NCBI RefSeq assembly: GCF_006345805.1
Contig: NW_021833762.1
Location: forward strand, 1 to 55,060
Reading direction: 5' to 3'
DNA length: 55,060 nt
Source of the DNA: Octopus sinensis
Lineage: Eukaryota
The position numbers and the translations under genes are program-made. The notes below the pieces were generated by a model. That model did no database searches, was not told where the DNA came from, and saw nothing but the letters and a program-made list of their open reading frames with translations. This document shows, one piece after another, positions 11,790 through 24,499 of the stretch; position 1 is the first letter of the stretch, and each line of letters starts with the position of its first letter.

Positions 11790-13100
11790 CTTGAACTAGT
11801 ATTTTAGAATGTATTTCCGCTTGTGTAAATAAAGTGTGAACGTTTCCGACTTGGCATTTAGTTGTGCTCCAAGCACGAGGCAGCCTTTAAGTAATAGTCT
11901 AGACTCCGTTAAACACAAACCGCATTCTCTGTTGCTGTTTGAGTAAGGTTTCCATTTCTCGAACACCTTCAATCTCAACCTGTGGCCTTCTTTAGATGCC
12001 ATATGATCTTAGCCATTGTAGTGATATTCCACATCTAGAATTTCCAGAAGTTTGTGATGTGGTCTTGTAGACCTCTTGAAGGGGCTCTCCGTCATTCTGA
12101 TGTATGCCGCATGCTTCGTTCGTGCCTTCAGCTCTTATTCCAGTTTTACACACTGGCTTTTATTTTGCAGTGGCTTTTGAGCCGCAAGTCGTGTTATCCA
12201 TACAAGAACAACTAATCTCAATTGTAGGAATTAGCTAGCACGAAAAGCTATTCTTCATGTTAAGCCTGCAAATGACCTTAATTAAAAACATTTTGTACCT
12301 GTGTGCGAGAGCAAAATGTTTATCAACTAACTTAAGAAAAGCCTTTATCTTAAGGGAAAAACTGGATGTGAACCAGATCACATTGCGGCGACGATTTCAA
12401 TTTTGGCGGGTTAGGGTTGGGGCTGGAAATGATGTTCTTAAACCAGCTTGCCGCTAGGACGTTGTTGTAATACGGGAATACCTTATCGAAAATCTTACGA
12501 GAGGACCAATCTTGAGATCCTATTGCTCACTCCTTTAACCAAGCTCTTAAATACCGAGACTGAGTGGTAAGACCTGGTATTAATGTAGGCGAGCTTCTCA
12601 TAGAACTCGTGGCAATGTTTGTACGGCAGTGTTTGTAGTAAATAAATCTAGTGTCATATTCAGAAGGTGAACTACGATCAGATGGATTTTTATTGCCATA
12701 TTAAGTCGAAAGGACTTAAAACCCCTGCCATTCCTTTGTTTATCTAAGACGTGTATGTTGGCACCTTTAGATAAAACCAATGCTTCATCTCTGTACGAAC
12801 CAAATACGATCGACGAGAACTTCTTATACAGGGCGTCCATGAAATAGAACCCAACGAGGCCACAGATGTCGTCAGTCAAACGGTTCAGTTCTCTCACCAA
12901 CGGTTCAGTTCCCTCACCAATCGTTTGACCCAGATTGAACCCTTACCAAAAAGTACGAACTTCCTGGCGTGCAAAACAGCTGTTTCTAGGTCAGAAATAT
13001 CAGTGAAATTTCTAAAGAAATCTACTGCAAATCGATAGATAAAGAACCACAATGTCAGAATAAATGTGGCCCTGACTTCCTCGCTGATGCTACTGAACAT
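11790..13100 (-). mobile_element. Decayed Penelope-like element (RT + GIY-YIG endonuclease)
   Basis: RT fragments ICGLVGFYFMD...SYRDEAL (YRDD-type). Linker/EN fragment AYIRMTESPFKR (YIG motif). C-terminus KPYSNSNRECGLCLTES...LNAKSE...HKRKY. Many frameshifts. Confidence 0.85.
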
Positions 13101-13167
13101 GAAGTTACTTGCTGGATGCCATACCAGAGAATATAATTAAAAGCTTTCATCATATTGTAATTAATAT

Positions 13168-13905
13168 TGGTTTCAAATTTTGGCACAAGGCCAAAAATTT
13201 CGAGGGAGGGCGTAAGTCGATTATATCGACGCCAGTGCTCTATTGGTACTAATTTTGTCACCCACGAAAGGGATGAAAGGCAAAGTCCACCTCAGCGGAA
13301 TTTGAACTCAGAACGTAAGGACGGACGAAATGGCGCTAAGCATTTTTGCAGGCGTGCTAACAATTCTGCCAGCTTACCGCCTAAAAACTGTTTTTAATAT
13401 TCCTAAGTATTAAGGCAGTGAGCTGGCAGAATCGTTAGCATGCCGGGGGAAATGCTTAGCGTCATTTCGTTCGTTTCCACGTTCTGAGTTCAAATTCCGT
13501 CGAGGTCGACTTTGCCTTTATCCTTTCGGGGTTGATAAATTAGCCACTAACTGAACACTGGGGTCGATGAAATCAACCTATCCCCTCTCTCGGAATTACT
13601 GGTCGTATGCCAAAATTTGAAATCAGTATTCCTAAGTATTCAAGGCGGCGAGCTAGGAGAACCTTTATGTTGCAGGGCAAAGTGCTTAGTGGTACTCATC
13701 CGTTTTCACGTTCTAAGTTCAAATCCCGCTGAGGACGATTTCGCCTTTCGTCCTTTCGGGGCCGATAAAATAAGTACAAATCGTGCACTGGGGTCGATAT
13801 AATCGACTTAGCCCCTTGCCTAAAATAAGTACCAATCGTGCACTGGGGTCGATATAATCGACTTAGCCCCTTGCCTGAAATTGTTGGCCTGAAATTTGAA
13901 ACCTA
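13168..13905. mobile_element. Cluster of three SINE group B copies (13168-13382 on -, 13412-13625 and 13641-13905 on +)
   Basis: Head AAGGCGGCGAGCTGGCAGAA, B-box GAGTTCAAATTCC, conserved core CCTTTCATCCTTTCGGGGTCGATAAA. Confidence 0.88.
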
Positions 13906-14039
13906 TATTCCTTAGTATGTTTTTGTTAACAATTTCAATTTTTGACTTGGCGGGTTTTATCACTCTACATTTAAGGTAAGATGCAGGGTTAGTTTTGAGG
14001 TAATTATTGTGGAAAAGAATAGAAAAGAATAAATAACGT

Positions 14040-14500
14040 AAGAAAGGCAGCGAGCTGGCAGAATCATTACCGCACCGGACAAAATGCATAGCAGCTTTTC
14101 TTCCAACTTCACGTTCTGAGTTCAAATTCCGCTGGGGTCGAATTTGCCTTTCATCCTTTCGGGGTCGATAAAATAAGAACCAGATGAATACTGTAGTGCA
14201 GTGGTTTTCAACCAGGGTTCCGCGGAACCTTTGGGTTCCGCCAGTACAGTCCAGGGATTCTGCAAGAAGTTACAAAAATGCTAAAATCGACAGTAATTTT
14301 TAAGTCTGCTGTGCAGATATGTGTGCATAAGACAATTAAATTATTGCACAGGGGTTCCTCGAGCCAGTGGAACGTTTCCTTGGGGTTCCGCTTCAGCAAA
14401 AAGTTTGAAAAGCACTGCTGTAGTGTATGTAATCGATTTGCCTCCTCCTCCTCCGAACTTGCAGGCCTTGTACCAGTCGTGTTTGTACCCTCTATGTTTA
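14040..14500 (+). mobile_element. SINE group B interrupted by a hAT MITE
   Basis: SINE sequence resumes after the MITE TSD. Confidence 0.8.
14199..14417. mobile_element. hAT-superfamily MITE (219 bp)
   Basis: TIRs CAGTGGTTTTCAA / TTGAAAAGCACTG; perfect 8-bp TSD CTGTAGTG at 14191-14198 and 14418-14425. Confidence 0.9.
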
Positions 14501-14520
14501 ACCCCTTGTGGGCAAAAAAA

Positions 14521-14615
14521 GAAATAAACACTCACAATGCCTGGTCTTGGAATCGAAACCGCGTTCTTTACGACCGCGAGTCCGCTGCCCTAACCACTGG
14601 GCCATTGCGCCTCCA
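14521..14615 (-). mobile_element. SINE group C, tRNA-like head only
   Basis: Reverse complement of GGAGGCGCAATGGCCCAGTGGTTAGGGCAGCGG... Confidence 0.8.
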
Positions 14616-15337
14616 CCGTCCCTGTTGTTCGATGGAAGTGGTGTAGCTGGCGGTGATGTTGGTGGTTGTTGTTGTCGTGATGACGTTATTGCTAATGATG
14701 TTGATGACGAAGGTGCTGGATGTAGTGAAGGCGGTAGTAGAAAAGTGGTTGTTGATGTTGTTATAGTGGTGGTTGTGGGGTGGGTGGTGGGTGTGTGGGG
14801 TAGAGGTTAGTAAGTAGACAGGGGTATGTATATACTTCCTAGCTCCACCCCTGACTGAAAGGAAACGTCTGGCGTTAGACATATATCACCTGAGTCTGTA
14901 ATCTCCTCACCAAGACAGGTAAGTCTTTACTGCCGTGTCGTCTTAATTAACACAGATGACGTGCTAATAAAACACCTTAAAGAAGTCCAGGTGAGGGGGA
15001 ATATAAATAAATAAATAAGATAAATAAATAAACTTAGGGATCAAATAAAGCGGTGAGTAATCCTCGTGGTGGTGGTGATGATGGTGGTGGTGGCGGTGGT
15101 GGCTGTGGTGGCGGCGGTGGTGGTGGTGGTGGCGGTGGCGGTGGCGGCGGTGGCGGTGGTGGTGGCGGTGGCGGTGGTGGCGGCAGTGGTGGTGGTGGCG
15201 GTGGCGGTGGTGGGGATCGTGGGTTTTGGTGGTGGGAGAGGCGAGACAGTATTTTGATAGAAAAGGGGTTTTCTGGCTGCTAATTTATGGACACAAATGC
15301 ACACACCTATGTGTGCACGCGAGGGTGTGTGTGATTG

Positions 15338-15409
<72 letters not shown>

Positions 15410-15670
15410 CGCGTGTGTGTATACACTTGCATACACACTTATGAATAGGTATATATACATAGGTAGACATCTGTACGTATATCACAAGGATATGAAATGA
15501 TGAAAAGTAGATTCAATGAAAAAGTAAGAGAAGGAAAAAGAAAAAAAAATTAAATAGTAAAGATCGCTTATATCAAAGAGTTTCAGAAACGGTACAAAAA
15601 CTAATAAATCTTCCGGTAAGGGTACACATGACCATAGAAGAGGTGGCGCTGCTTCTGATAGTTTGCACAT

Positions 15671-15719
<49 letters not shown>

Positions 15720-15853
15720 CACGCACACACACAAACACATGCACGCACACACAACATGCAACACGTGAGCGCGGGCACACACATGTATATAATTAAATTT
15801 AATTCATGCCAATCATCCTTCAGTAAAGAGTCTATTTAGCCTTATCAGAATAT

Positions 15854-15901
<48 letters not shown>

Positions 15902-16027
15902 ATATATATATATTAATTTTCTTTCCTTCCCTGAGCGTCTGCTAATAATTTGCATGTACTTATACCCTCTCTCGTTGTTTTTCTTGTGTTTTTCTTGTTT
16001 TTTTTTCGGGGGGGGGCGGTTACTTTT

Positions 16028-16145
<118 letters not shown>

Positions 16146-16280
16146 TTACATTCATAGAACGAGAACAAATATTGAGTAAACCAACCAGTAATGTAATTAT
16201 AATGATAATGGAAACAGCTGTAAGCCAAAATTGCCCCAATTAAGAAATGATATGTAATGACTATTATTTTAAATTTCTTT

Positions 16281-16318
<38 letters not shown>

Positions 16319-16384
16319 AGCTTAGAGAAGAAGAAGAAACGAAACGAATCGAATTGAATCGACGCGAGGGCGCTCAGTCATACA

Positions 16385-16635
16385 ATAATCCTGGTACTTA
16401 CTCTATCAGTCCCATATACGGAACCGCTAAGTTATGGAGGCATAAACACACCAACACTGGTTATCTAGTGGTGATAGTGGTGGTAGAGAAATGCCCACAC
16501 ACACACTTATGGATATATATATACGACGGGCTTCTTTCAGTTTCCATCTACCAGATCCACTCACAAGGCTTTGGTCGACCCGCGGCTATAATAGAAGATA
16601 CTTGCCCAAGTGGGACTGAACCCAGAACTATGTGT
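16385..16635 (-). mobile_element. SINE group A, partial
   Basis: Reverse-complement match. Confidence 0.75.
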
Positions 16636-16654
16636 TTGTGAATCAAGATTCTTA

Positions 16655-17066
16655 TTTCTTTACGCCCACAAGAAGCTAAACACAGAGGGGACAAACAAGG
16701 ACAGACATAGGTATTAAGTCGATTACATCGACCCAGTGCGTAACTGGTACTTAATTTAACGACCTCGAAAGGATGAAAGGCAAAGTCGACCTCGGCGGAA
16801 TTTGAACTCAGAACGTAGCGGCAGACGAAATACCAATTTCTTTACTACCCACAAGGGGCTAAACACAGAGAGGACAAACAAGGACAGACAAAGAGATTAA
16901 ATCGATTACATCGATCCCAGTGCGTAACTAGTACTTAATTTATCGACCCCGGAAGGATGAAAGGCAAAGTCGACCTCGGCGGAATTTGAACTCTGAACGT
17001 AACGGCAGACGAAATACGGCTAAGCATTTCGTCCGGCGTGCTAACGTTTCTGCCAGCTCGCAGCCT
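16655..17066 (-). mobile_element. SINE group B tandem multimer
   Basis: Two tail/body units joined at GAAAT(T)|GGTATTTCG. Confidence 0.88.
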
Positions 17067-17230
17067 TCGTACCACACAACCACACTTGCCCCCTATCCAT
17101 ACATGCATATCTGTCTCTCTGTGTGCCTGTCTATCTCTCTGATTCTCTGTTGTCTGACTATGTGTGTATGTATGTATGTATGTATGTATGTATGTATGTA
17201 TGTATGTATGTATGTATGTATGTATGTATG

Positions 17231-17276
<46 letters not shown>

Positions 17277-17540
17277 CATATATACATATCCATTATATAT
17301 ATATATATATGTATATCCATTATATATATATATATATATATATCCATTATATCCATTTTTGTTCGGTAGGTATGAATAGGGAAAGCTCCTTCATCATAAA
17401 GAATGTTTTTGATGGTTGAAACAGTTATGGCTCCCACGTCCATAATCACACACCTTAACAGGTATCGGCGCCCATTCATCATTACCGATGCTGTTACTGC
17501 TACATCGCTTCAAAACCACAACCACAACCACAACCGATGC

Positions 17541-18010
17541 TGGAGGCGCAATGGCCCAGTGGTTAGGGCAGCGGACTCGCGGTCGTAAGAGCGCGGTTTC
17601 GATTCCCGGTCCGGGCATCGTGAGTGTTTATTGAGCAAAAGCACCTAAGCTCCACGAGGCTCCGGCGGGGGATGGTAGTGGTGAACCCCGCTGTACTCTT
17701 TCACCACAACTTTCTCTCCCTCTTTCTTCCTACTTCTGCTACAAAGCAGAACCATGGTGTGACCCACTACGGTGTTGTAAACTTTCAGACCCTAGTCTAG
17801 ATTGCGAATCTTCTGTACCCCAGGATGGTTCAGCTCTCCACCCGTTAAAAGCCACCGTTTACAGAATGAGGATAACAACGTCCGTGCAACCGCCAGTCTA
17901 TCGCGTGTAGTGGGTGGATCTTCAAGTTGCCACACGCATTCTTAGTAGCTTAGAGTAGGCTCGAATTAGAGATTATTCCTTGTGGCTAATGGCGTGAGTC
18001 CTGACTGGAA
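17541..18010 (+). mobile_element. SINE group C with tail variant B, followed by (GAA)n
   Basis: tRNA-like head; inverted sister copy at 31160-31577. Confidence 0.88.
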
Positions 18011-18289
18011 GAAGAAGAGGAAGAAAAAGAAGACCACAACCGATTTCATAACCACCATCACCATAGCTATCAACCATCACCTCCGTTATCACTATCACTA
18101 TCACTATCTCCACTCCCCTCCATCACAGCCACTACCGGTACCGTTATCTCCGATGCGGCTATCACCGCATCTTACAATCTCAACCTCCACTCACGACCAC
18201 TAACACCACTAACACCGCCAACACCACCGGCAGACGATAGATAGTTCATAGCATTCAGCACATCTGGATTTCGGTAAAAATGCTAATAA

Positions 18290-21040
18290 GAATTACAAAA
18301 GGTGAAACAATAGAACCACAACTAAATTCCTATTACGTCCAAAACAATCTACACACACACACACGTACACACATACCTTACCGAGCGAACTCTTCCTCAG
18401 ACATCACCTTCCCTTCAACACGCCAAAACTGCTTCAATCACGTAACAAACGATCGTCTTCACACTTCAGACGAACTATTAAATGAACAACGCAACAACAC
18501 ATTACACAGTAATGGAGAAAGCAAAGATCACTCTTACTAATTTCAAAACAATATCCTGCGCTAGAAGCGCAAGTGTGGCCACAGGCGCAGGCGTGGTCGT
18601 GCGGTAAGGAATTTGCTTCTCAAACACATGGTCCTGGGTTCAGTCGTAGGTGTCTTCTATTATAGTCCGGGCCAATCAAAGCCATCTGAGCATCGTAGGC
18701 GTAAATTGAAAGAAGCTCGTCATATATGTACACACACACATATATATATATATACACACTCTTTTACTTGTTTCAGTCATTTGACTGCGGCCATACTGGA
18801 GCACCGCTTTAGTCGAGCAAATCGACCCCAGGATTTATTCTTAGTAAGCCTAGTACTTATTCTATGGGTCTTTTTTTTTACCGATATATATGTATATATA
18901 TATGTACGTGTGTGTATATGTTTGTGTGTCTGTGTTTGTCCCCCCCCCCGACATCGCTTGACAACCGATGCTGGCGTGTTTACATCCCCGTAACTTAGCG
19001 GTTCGGCAAAAGAGAACCGATAGAATAAGTACCAGGCTTCCAAAGAATAAATCTTGGGGTCGATTTGCTCGACTAAAGGCAGTGCTCCAGCATGGCCGCA
19101 GTCAAATGACCGAAACAAGCAAAAGAGTATAAGAGAGTAAAGAGTTCCCAATACTCATCAGAAATAGCCGATTTCATAGAGGCTAGCGACAGCTTCACTT
19201 GTAATAGACAAGGCCACATGAAGCAGAGATAAAACCCAGCCTCAAACAACAATAGGAAGAAAATAAACCATAGACAACAATAACTAGCACACGCTTTTAT
19301 GTGGCATAAACCACAAAACAAACAGTTGAACAGTTTATGGAGTAATTAACAACATCAACAACTGCATTCACGGCCCATACCACAATAACAAACCTCAAAT
19401 ATCAAACCAGTGATATAACACCAAACACACACCCTTAACAGATATTTCATTGAAAAAAACCCACGAAGAAATCATGAAGACAAAATGAAAAAACATCTTC
19501 TTTCTGCCACATCGTAATTGGGACCTCGTTCCTTCCATCTACAGAATAACTACAAATCACAAAACCCCTAAGTCAGGCAAAATCGCAAATACACCTAAAA
19601 ACCCTACTGGTCCTGAAACAATCGCACCAGTCACCAATATTTACGGTTGCTTGTTCTGTGAAATTTCCAGAATCTGGAACTGGGGAAAGTCGTAACAGTT
19701 CTTCCAAACCCTTCATATAAGATCCATCGAGCACCTTTGCTAACTCTCAAAGCAAATAATGAAGGACAATTTCTTGACATTACCGACCTCTCTCGAATTC
19801 ATGATAAATATTCTGACCACTTAATCACCATAAAACTCATTAACTTATCCTGGGGCTTTATGACGGCTGCAACATTATAAAAAAAAAACCCTCCCACATA
19901 CACCATTCCAAAAGCCATTAACGTCAGCAATGCTTTTCTTTGCATTTCCGACTATCCACAGATACACAAAATAATCAACTCCTCTTAAAAAAGCAACATC
20001 AAATTCTAGCTACCGAACTACCTGTCAGATCGCCAAACTTATGTGGTGTACAATAATAACAACAGAACTTCCAGAACTCGCAATTTCCCGAATACGCTAT
20101 TTCAACCTATACGTGACCTTTTCATAACTTTACAAAGCAAGGCAACACACTTATACACTCACACCATTCTCTAGGCACAGGTGCACTGCTTCTCCAACAC
20201 TTCACCAACCACATTACACAGTAATGGAGAAAGCAAGATCACTCTTACTAATTTCAAAAAAATCCTGCGCTGGAAGCGCAAGCCTGGCCACAGGCGCAGG
20301 CGTAGTCGTGCGGTAAGGAATTTGCTTCTCAAACACATGGCTCTGGGTTCAGTCGTAGGTGTCTTCTATTATAGTCCGGGCCGACCAAAGCCTTCTGAGC
20401 ATCGTAGGCGTAAATTGAAAGAAGCTCGTCATATATATATATATGCTCCTTTACTTGTTTCAGTCATTTGACTGCGACCATGGTGGTGGAAGCACTCCGT
20501 CGGTTACGACGACGAGGGTTCCGGTTGATCCGAATCAACGGGACAGCCTGCTCGTGAAATTAACGTGTAAGTGGCTGAGCACTCCACAGACACGTGTACA
20601 CTTAACGTAGTTCTCGGGGATATTCAGAGTGACAAGGCCGGCCCTTTGAAATACAGGTACAACAGAAACAGGAAGTAAGAGTGAGAGAAAGTTGTGGCGA
20701 AAGAGTACAGCAGGGATCACCACCATCCCCTGCCGGAGCCTCGTGGAGCTTTAGGTGTTTTCGCTCAATAAACACTCACAACGCCCGGTCTGGGAATCGA
20801 AACCGTGATCCTATGACCGCGAGTCCGCTGCCTTAACCACTGGGCCATTGCGCCTCCGCTGCGACCATACTGACTACACATCGTCAGACTTAAAGTAGCA
20901 CATACCAAATTTAATTTTCTTTCTTAACTACAACACCAGGGAAAAACACATACAACCAACCGTTTCACTCAGCAATATAAACACGTCTCATACTTAAAAG
21001 ACAAAAATATATTAGGTGTTACAAGTCCATAGCATTGACA
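18290..21040 (+). mobile_element. Highly decayed LINE RT fragments (I-group-like; clade uncertain) broken up by SINEs
   Basis: Remnant motifs NPPTYTIPKAINVSNAF (cf. KPP.RT...A.D.SKAF), LFNLYV and KNILGVT, in the expected order; SINE A pieces at 18580-19135 and 20290-20480. Confidence 0.55.
20482..20858 (-). mobile_element. SINE group C, full length, tail variant A
   Basis: 10-bp TSD CTGCGACCAT at 20472-20481 and 20859-20868. Confidence 0.92.
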
Positions 21041-21049
21041 GCATATTTA

Positions 21050-21710
21050 GAGACAATGATTTGCTGAAATCGCGTCCGGAGAGAAAATCCGCATTTGTTG
21101 TAAAAGGGTTACAGTGATATAATATGGATGTTGTAGCATTAGCCGAGAAAAGAATTCATGGAAAAGGGAATTTTGTTGAGCAATCTGCTGGGTGTCCTTT
21201 AATTTGGAGCGGTCGTGATGAGACCTGTAAAGAGAGAATCGAGTAGGATTTGAAATTAAAACCACTCTGGTTTCAAAACATGAGGAACAGCCATACGGTC
21301 ATTCTGATCGATTGATGTCTTTAACACTTCCATTAAGAAAGGGTAAGAAAAGGCTTAGAAGGAATGAGCCTGTGGAAAATGGGAGTGTTACCTTTTGTGT
21401 GTATGTGGTTTGTGGGAGGTGATGCTTGAGTCGTGCAAGCCTGGTCAGTCATCAGAGAACTCAAAGGAATCGACTAATAGTAAATTGTGATACGGCTATT
21501 GTTTACAATAGAACATGTGCCATCTGTAGAAAGGTATGCCTTATCAGTTGGAGGATTGAAAAGGTATGTCAAAAGAGTTCTTATTGTGGCATCTGTTCCT
21601 TCTGCCAGCCAGCACAGCTGTGCATTATGCAAAAGAATGTGCAATTCTTTGGCCAGGTTCAAGAGTCATACAAGGACCTCACATTGCATCATCAAGGACT
21701 CATTTCAGTG
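21050..21710 (+). mobile_element. RTE-clade LINE remnant: AP-endonuclease N-terminus joined to a C-terminal zinc-finger-like region
   Basis: SRPERKSAFV...YNMDVVALAEKRIHGKG...LIWSGR...SDRLMSLTLPLRKG, followed by CGR*CLSRASLVSHQRT and further CxxC...H units. Confidence 0.75.
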
Positions 21711-21879
21711 ATTCTTTGGAGCAATGGCTTTGCACGTATACGATCCATGGCCTTGGCCTTAGCATGCTTGAGCTCGAGGCACTGCGACTTCGCTCTGGCC
21801 TTGGCATGCTTGAGGTCGAGGTGCTGCGACTTCGAGGTCTTCCCACACACTCATACACACACACATACACAGAGAAGTA

Positions 21880-22500
21880 TTCATTTCAAATTTCGGCACA
21901 AGGCCAGCAATTCCGGGGCAGGGAGTAAGTCGATGACATCGACGTCAGTACTCGACTGGGACTTATTTTATCGACGCCGAAAGGCCGAAAGGTCGAAAGG
22001 CAAAGATGACCTCGACGTAACTTGAACTCGTATGGAGGACTTATGAACTCGTATGAAAAACTCTATAAAGACATATGAAACGCCGCTAAGAATTTTGCCT
22101 GGCGTGCAACGACTCTGCCAGCTCGCCGCCTTAGATACAAGACAAATATTCTATTCTACTCTAGGCACAAGGCCCGAAATGTTAGGGGAGAGGACCAGTC
22201 AATTAGATCAACCCAGTACGCAACTGGTACTTAATTTATCGACCCCGAAAGGACGAAAGGCAAAGTCGACCTCGGCGGAATTTGAACTCAGAACGTAAAG
22301 ACAGACGAAGTACCTATTTCTTTACTACCCACAAGGGGCTAAACACAGAGAGGACAGACAAGGACAGACAAGGACAGTCAATTACAGCGACCCCAGTGCA
22401 TAACTGGTACTTGATTTATCGACCCCGAATGGATGAAAGGCAAAGTCGACCTCGGCGGAATATGAACTCAGAACGTAGCGGCAGACGAAATACCGCAAAG
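21880..22500 (-). mobile_element. SINE group B cluster, including a tandem multimer at about 22150-22500
   Basis: Reverse-complement matches. Confidence 0.85.
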
Positions 22501-23146
22501 CAAGTAAAAAAGTAAAAATAAGTAAGAAAAAAAAGGAACTGTTAATAGTTATCTCCATTTCTTAAAGTTAACAGTTAGAAAGACAGGGATATAGTTAGAG
22601 AATAACTGAATTTTGGCCGCCCTTTAGCTGGATTAGAACGCAGTCGCTCACTGTACCTAATTATGCTGCCTATTTATAGTTAGATGAATTGAAGTATTGC
22701 TGAGAATTGAATTATCTTTGATATGTATTTATATTCAGGTGAACTACGTACAGCTGTGTACTGTACAAACACCTGATAGCTATTACTTACAGCACTGTGA
22801 ACTGGGGGTAGAAATGATGAATTATCACTATCGTATCCATGGATGAGTGGTTTGGGATACATGTACTCTCTCCTACTATCTAATTGCTAATTGATAAACT
22901 TGGGTAGAAGTTTATAAGGGAACAGAACGACCCAGATTTGTGAAGAAGAAATTGCACCATGAATCGCGATCATTAAGAAGGAGCATTAGGATAAGATAGA
23001 CCAAACAACGGAAGAGGAAGCTTTATAACAGATATGAAGTTGGTTTTTCAGTAAATGGAGAGTACAACCAGGGTCAAAAGAGATGGGTATCGTTGGGTGG
23101 TGTTCTTAACTTTTCTGTAAAACCTTAGTGGTATAAATGTACTAGG

Positions 23147-23392
23147 AGAAGGCGGCGAGCTGGCAGCGAGCTGGCAGAAACGTTAGCATGCCGGGCGAAA
23201 TGTGTAGCCGTATTTCGTCTACCGTTACGCTCTGAGTTCAAATTCCGCCGAGGTCGACTTTGCCTTTCATGCTTTCGGGGTCGATAAGTTAAGTACCAGT
23301 TACGCACTGGGGTCGATGTAATCGACTCAACCCGTCTGTCTGTCCTTGTTTGTCCTCTCTGTGTTTAGCCCCTTATGGGTAGTAAAGAAATC
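23147..23392 (+). mobile_element. SINE group B, full length
   Basis: 17-bp TSD GGTATAAATGTACTAGG at 23130-23146 and 23393-23409; a SINE C head follows directly. Confidence 0.92.
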
Positions 23393-23639
23393 GGTATAAA
23401 TGTACTAGGGGGCGCAAATGGCCCAGTGGTTAGGGCAGCGGACTCACGGTCGGAGGTTCGCAGTTTCGATTCCCAGACCGGGCGTTGTGTGTGTTTAAAT
23501 GAGCGAAAACACTTTACGAGGACTCTCTTTACGAGTTTTAATTTTCATGCACGCGGTTCAAATTTTCAACGAAGTGCAAAAGTTTCTACCACCATAACAA
23601 ATGCTTCTGCGTATTTACCGAGAAATTTATAGAAAGCGA

Positions 23640-24090
23640 AAAAACCCCGCTAAGTATTTCGCCCCGGCGTGCTAACGATTCTTATTTCTTTATTACCCAC
23701 AAGGGGCTAAACACAGAGAGGACAGACAAGGAGATTAAGTCAATTTCATCGACCCCAGTGCGTAACTGGTACTTATCTAATCGACCCCGAAAGGATGAAA
23801 GGTAAAGTCGACCTCGGTAGAATTTGAACTCAGAACGTAGCGGCAGACGAAATACTTATTTCTTTACTACCCACAAGGGGCTAAACGCAGACGGGACAAA
23901 CAAGGACAGACAAACGGATTGAGTCGATTATATCGACCCCAGTGCGTAACTGGTACTTATTTAATCGACTCCGAAAGGATGAAATGTAAAGTCGACCTCG
24001 GCGGAATTTGAACTCAGAACGTAGCGGCAGACTAAAATACGGTTACGCATTTCGCCCGGCATGCTAACGATTCTGCCAACTCGCTACCTT
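23640..24090 (-). mobile_element. SINE group B tandem multimer
   Basis: Reverse-complement match; junction near 23856. Confidence 0.88.
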
Positions 24091-24499
24091 AACGTTTATA
24101 ATAATAATCGTTTTTTATTATAAATGATCTTGGCATTCTTCTTACTTCGCATAAAATATTCTTTACATTCTGCTGTTGTTTTATTGCCATTTATTTTACG
24201 AGTGTTATAAATTTCATTGGTAAAATATTTTTCTGGGAATGAATTACGATCTATAAGATTGCTATTATGGGAAAAGATCGCTCTGGTTTACGAGCGGTCT
24301 CCGAAAATAAATTAACTCGTATATCGAGGCATAGTGTTCTTAAATTTAAGCTTGAATTCTTCATTGATTCTTATTCTATAATTTTTTTGCTGAAAACATG
24401 AATATGGGCCTAAAATTTTAATTCGGTACCTTGGAAGCAATAATTTTAGTTTCCTTGGCTAAAAAAATGTACACAATCTGATATATATATATATAAACC

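Noticed and set aside
17541-17615. tRNA-like sequences here and at 23408, 27805 and 33123
   Set aside because: SINE heads: no proper acceptor stem, and they run into SINE bodies
22600-23110. Unique stretch with short open frames
   Set aside because: No recognisable motif or convincing splice pair
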